Source of the DNA: Candidatus Azambacteria bacterium GW2011_GWA2_42_9
Lineage (GTDB): Bacteria; Patescibacteriota; Minisyncoccia; UBA10092
Direction: 5' to 3'
Assembly (NCBI GenBank): GCA_000994805.1
Contig: LCEQ01000006.1
Location: 1-35,511, forward strand
DNA length: 35,511 nt
The first letter of the stretch is position 1. Each line of letters opens with the position of its first letter. This document shows, one piece after another, positions 34,842 to 35,511 of the stretch. A program made the translations under genes and the position numbers. The notes beneath the pieces were generated by a model. That model saw only the letters and a list, made by a program, of their open reading frames with translations. It was not told where the DNA came from and did not search any database.

Positions 34842-35341
34842 CGCAAATTCATATAATTTGGTAAATCTTCTAATTTATTTAAACCCAGATGTTTTAAAAA
34901 ATCAAAGGTAATATTATAAATGTAAGATCGGCCATCTTCGGGATTATTATATTTCCCTATAAGCCCCCTGATTGCCAAACTCTGCAAAATGAAACTGCAG
35001 TTAACGCCGCGCAAATTTTCAATTTGCGCGCGGCTTATTGGCCCGCGATACGAGATAATTGCGAGTGTTTCCAAAGCTGCTGGCGATAAGTCCTCTTCAA
35101 AATCGCTTTTTATAAGTTTTTTTACCGGTTCAACCGAATAAGGCGAAGCAACCAGTTGGACTTTACCGTCAAAAAACACAAGGCGCAGTCCTCTTTCATT
35201 TTTTTCATAGTCGTCCACCAACTCCTTTAATGAGCCGTTGATTTCTATTTCGCCGGTTTCTAAGATCTCGGCCAGCTTTTTTACGGTAACGGGATGGCCG
35301 GCCGTAAATAATAAACTTTCTAAAAGCGATTTATAATTCAT
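34820..35341 (-). CDS. scpB: SMC-Scp complex subunit ScpB
   Basis: LESLLF, LS.AALETLAIISYRGPISRA.IE.LRGVN, FL.HLGL..LEDLP. Confidence 0.93.
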   Translation of the reverse strand: MNYKSLLESLLFTAGHPVTVKKLAEILETGEIEINGSLKELVDDYEKNERGLRLVFFDGKVQLVASPYSVEPVKKLIKSDFEEDLSPAALETLAIISYRGPISRAQIENLRGVNCSFILQSLAIRGLIGKYNNPEDGRSYIYNITFDFLKHLGLNKLEDLPNYMNLRDEANTK

Positions 35342-35511
35342 GTAAGTTTTTTAATCTTAATGTCTCCAAACAAATAATCTTGCGACGCTTCCAGAATCCG
35401 GCTCCTCATCAGCATCAGCATTGCCAAAAACGTCAGTATAACATCAATCTTTTCCTTCACCGAACCAGAAATCTCAGAAAATGACGCTTCAACCGCTATG
35501 CTTATCCTGTC
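35338..35511 (-). CDS. scpA: segregation and condensation protein ScpA, 3' end only
   Basis: ...SFSEI...KIDVILTFLAMLML.....LEASQDYLFGDIKIKKLT*; TGA overlaps the scpB ATG. Confidence 0.8.
   Translation of the reverse strand, partial: DRISIAVEASFSEISGSVKEKIDVILTFLAMLMLMRSRILEASQDYLFGDIKIKKLT

Overview
A 35.5-kb chromosomal window, most likely from a Patescibacteria/CPR bacterium of the Parcubacteria type. That assignment is inferred from gene content and style: GT-C glycosyltransferases, a VirD4/TraD-like ATPase, a short DnaX lacking its Zn module, rplI present, and many apparently leaderless genes. Core genes are rlmE, dnaX, sodA, fmt-def, ctpA, rplI, rpmA, gltX, murG-ftsW, mraY, a D,D-carboxypeptidase and scpAB. 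There are three tRNA loci, one of them chimeric, plus several single-gene ORFan cassettes and two pseudogenes. The most unusual locus is 20144-20945: a small GIY-YIG nuclease gene bounded by 20-bp inverted and 9-bp direct repeats, followed by a sigma70 promoter and about 455 nt of densely base-paired, apparently non-coding sequence that I cannot match to a known RNA class. The window also has several unrelated short palindromes embedded in-frame in conserved proteins, a MITE-like 96-bp element at the end of scpB, a candidate stand-alone sRNA between mraY and an amidohydrolase, and two unannotated small proteins. Some lesions (mraY deletion, chimeric tRNA) could be assembly artefacts. All calls are by eye from motifs; no searches were run.
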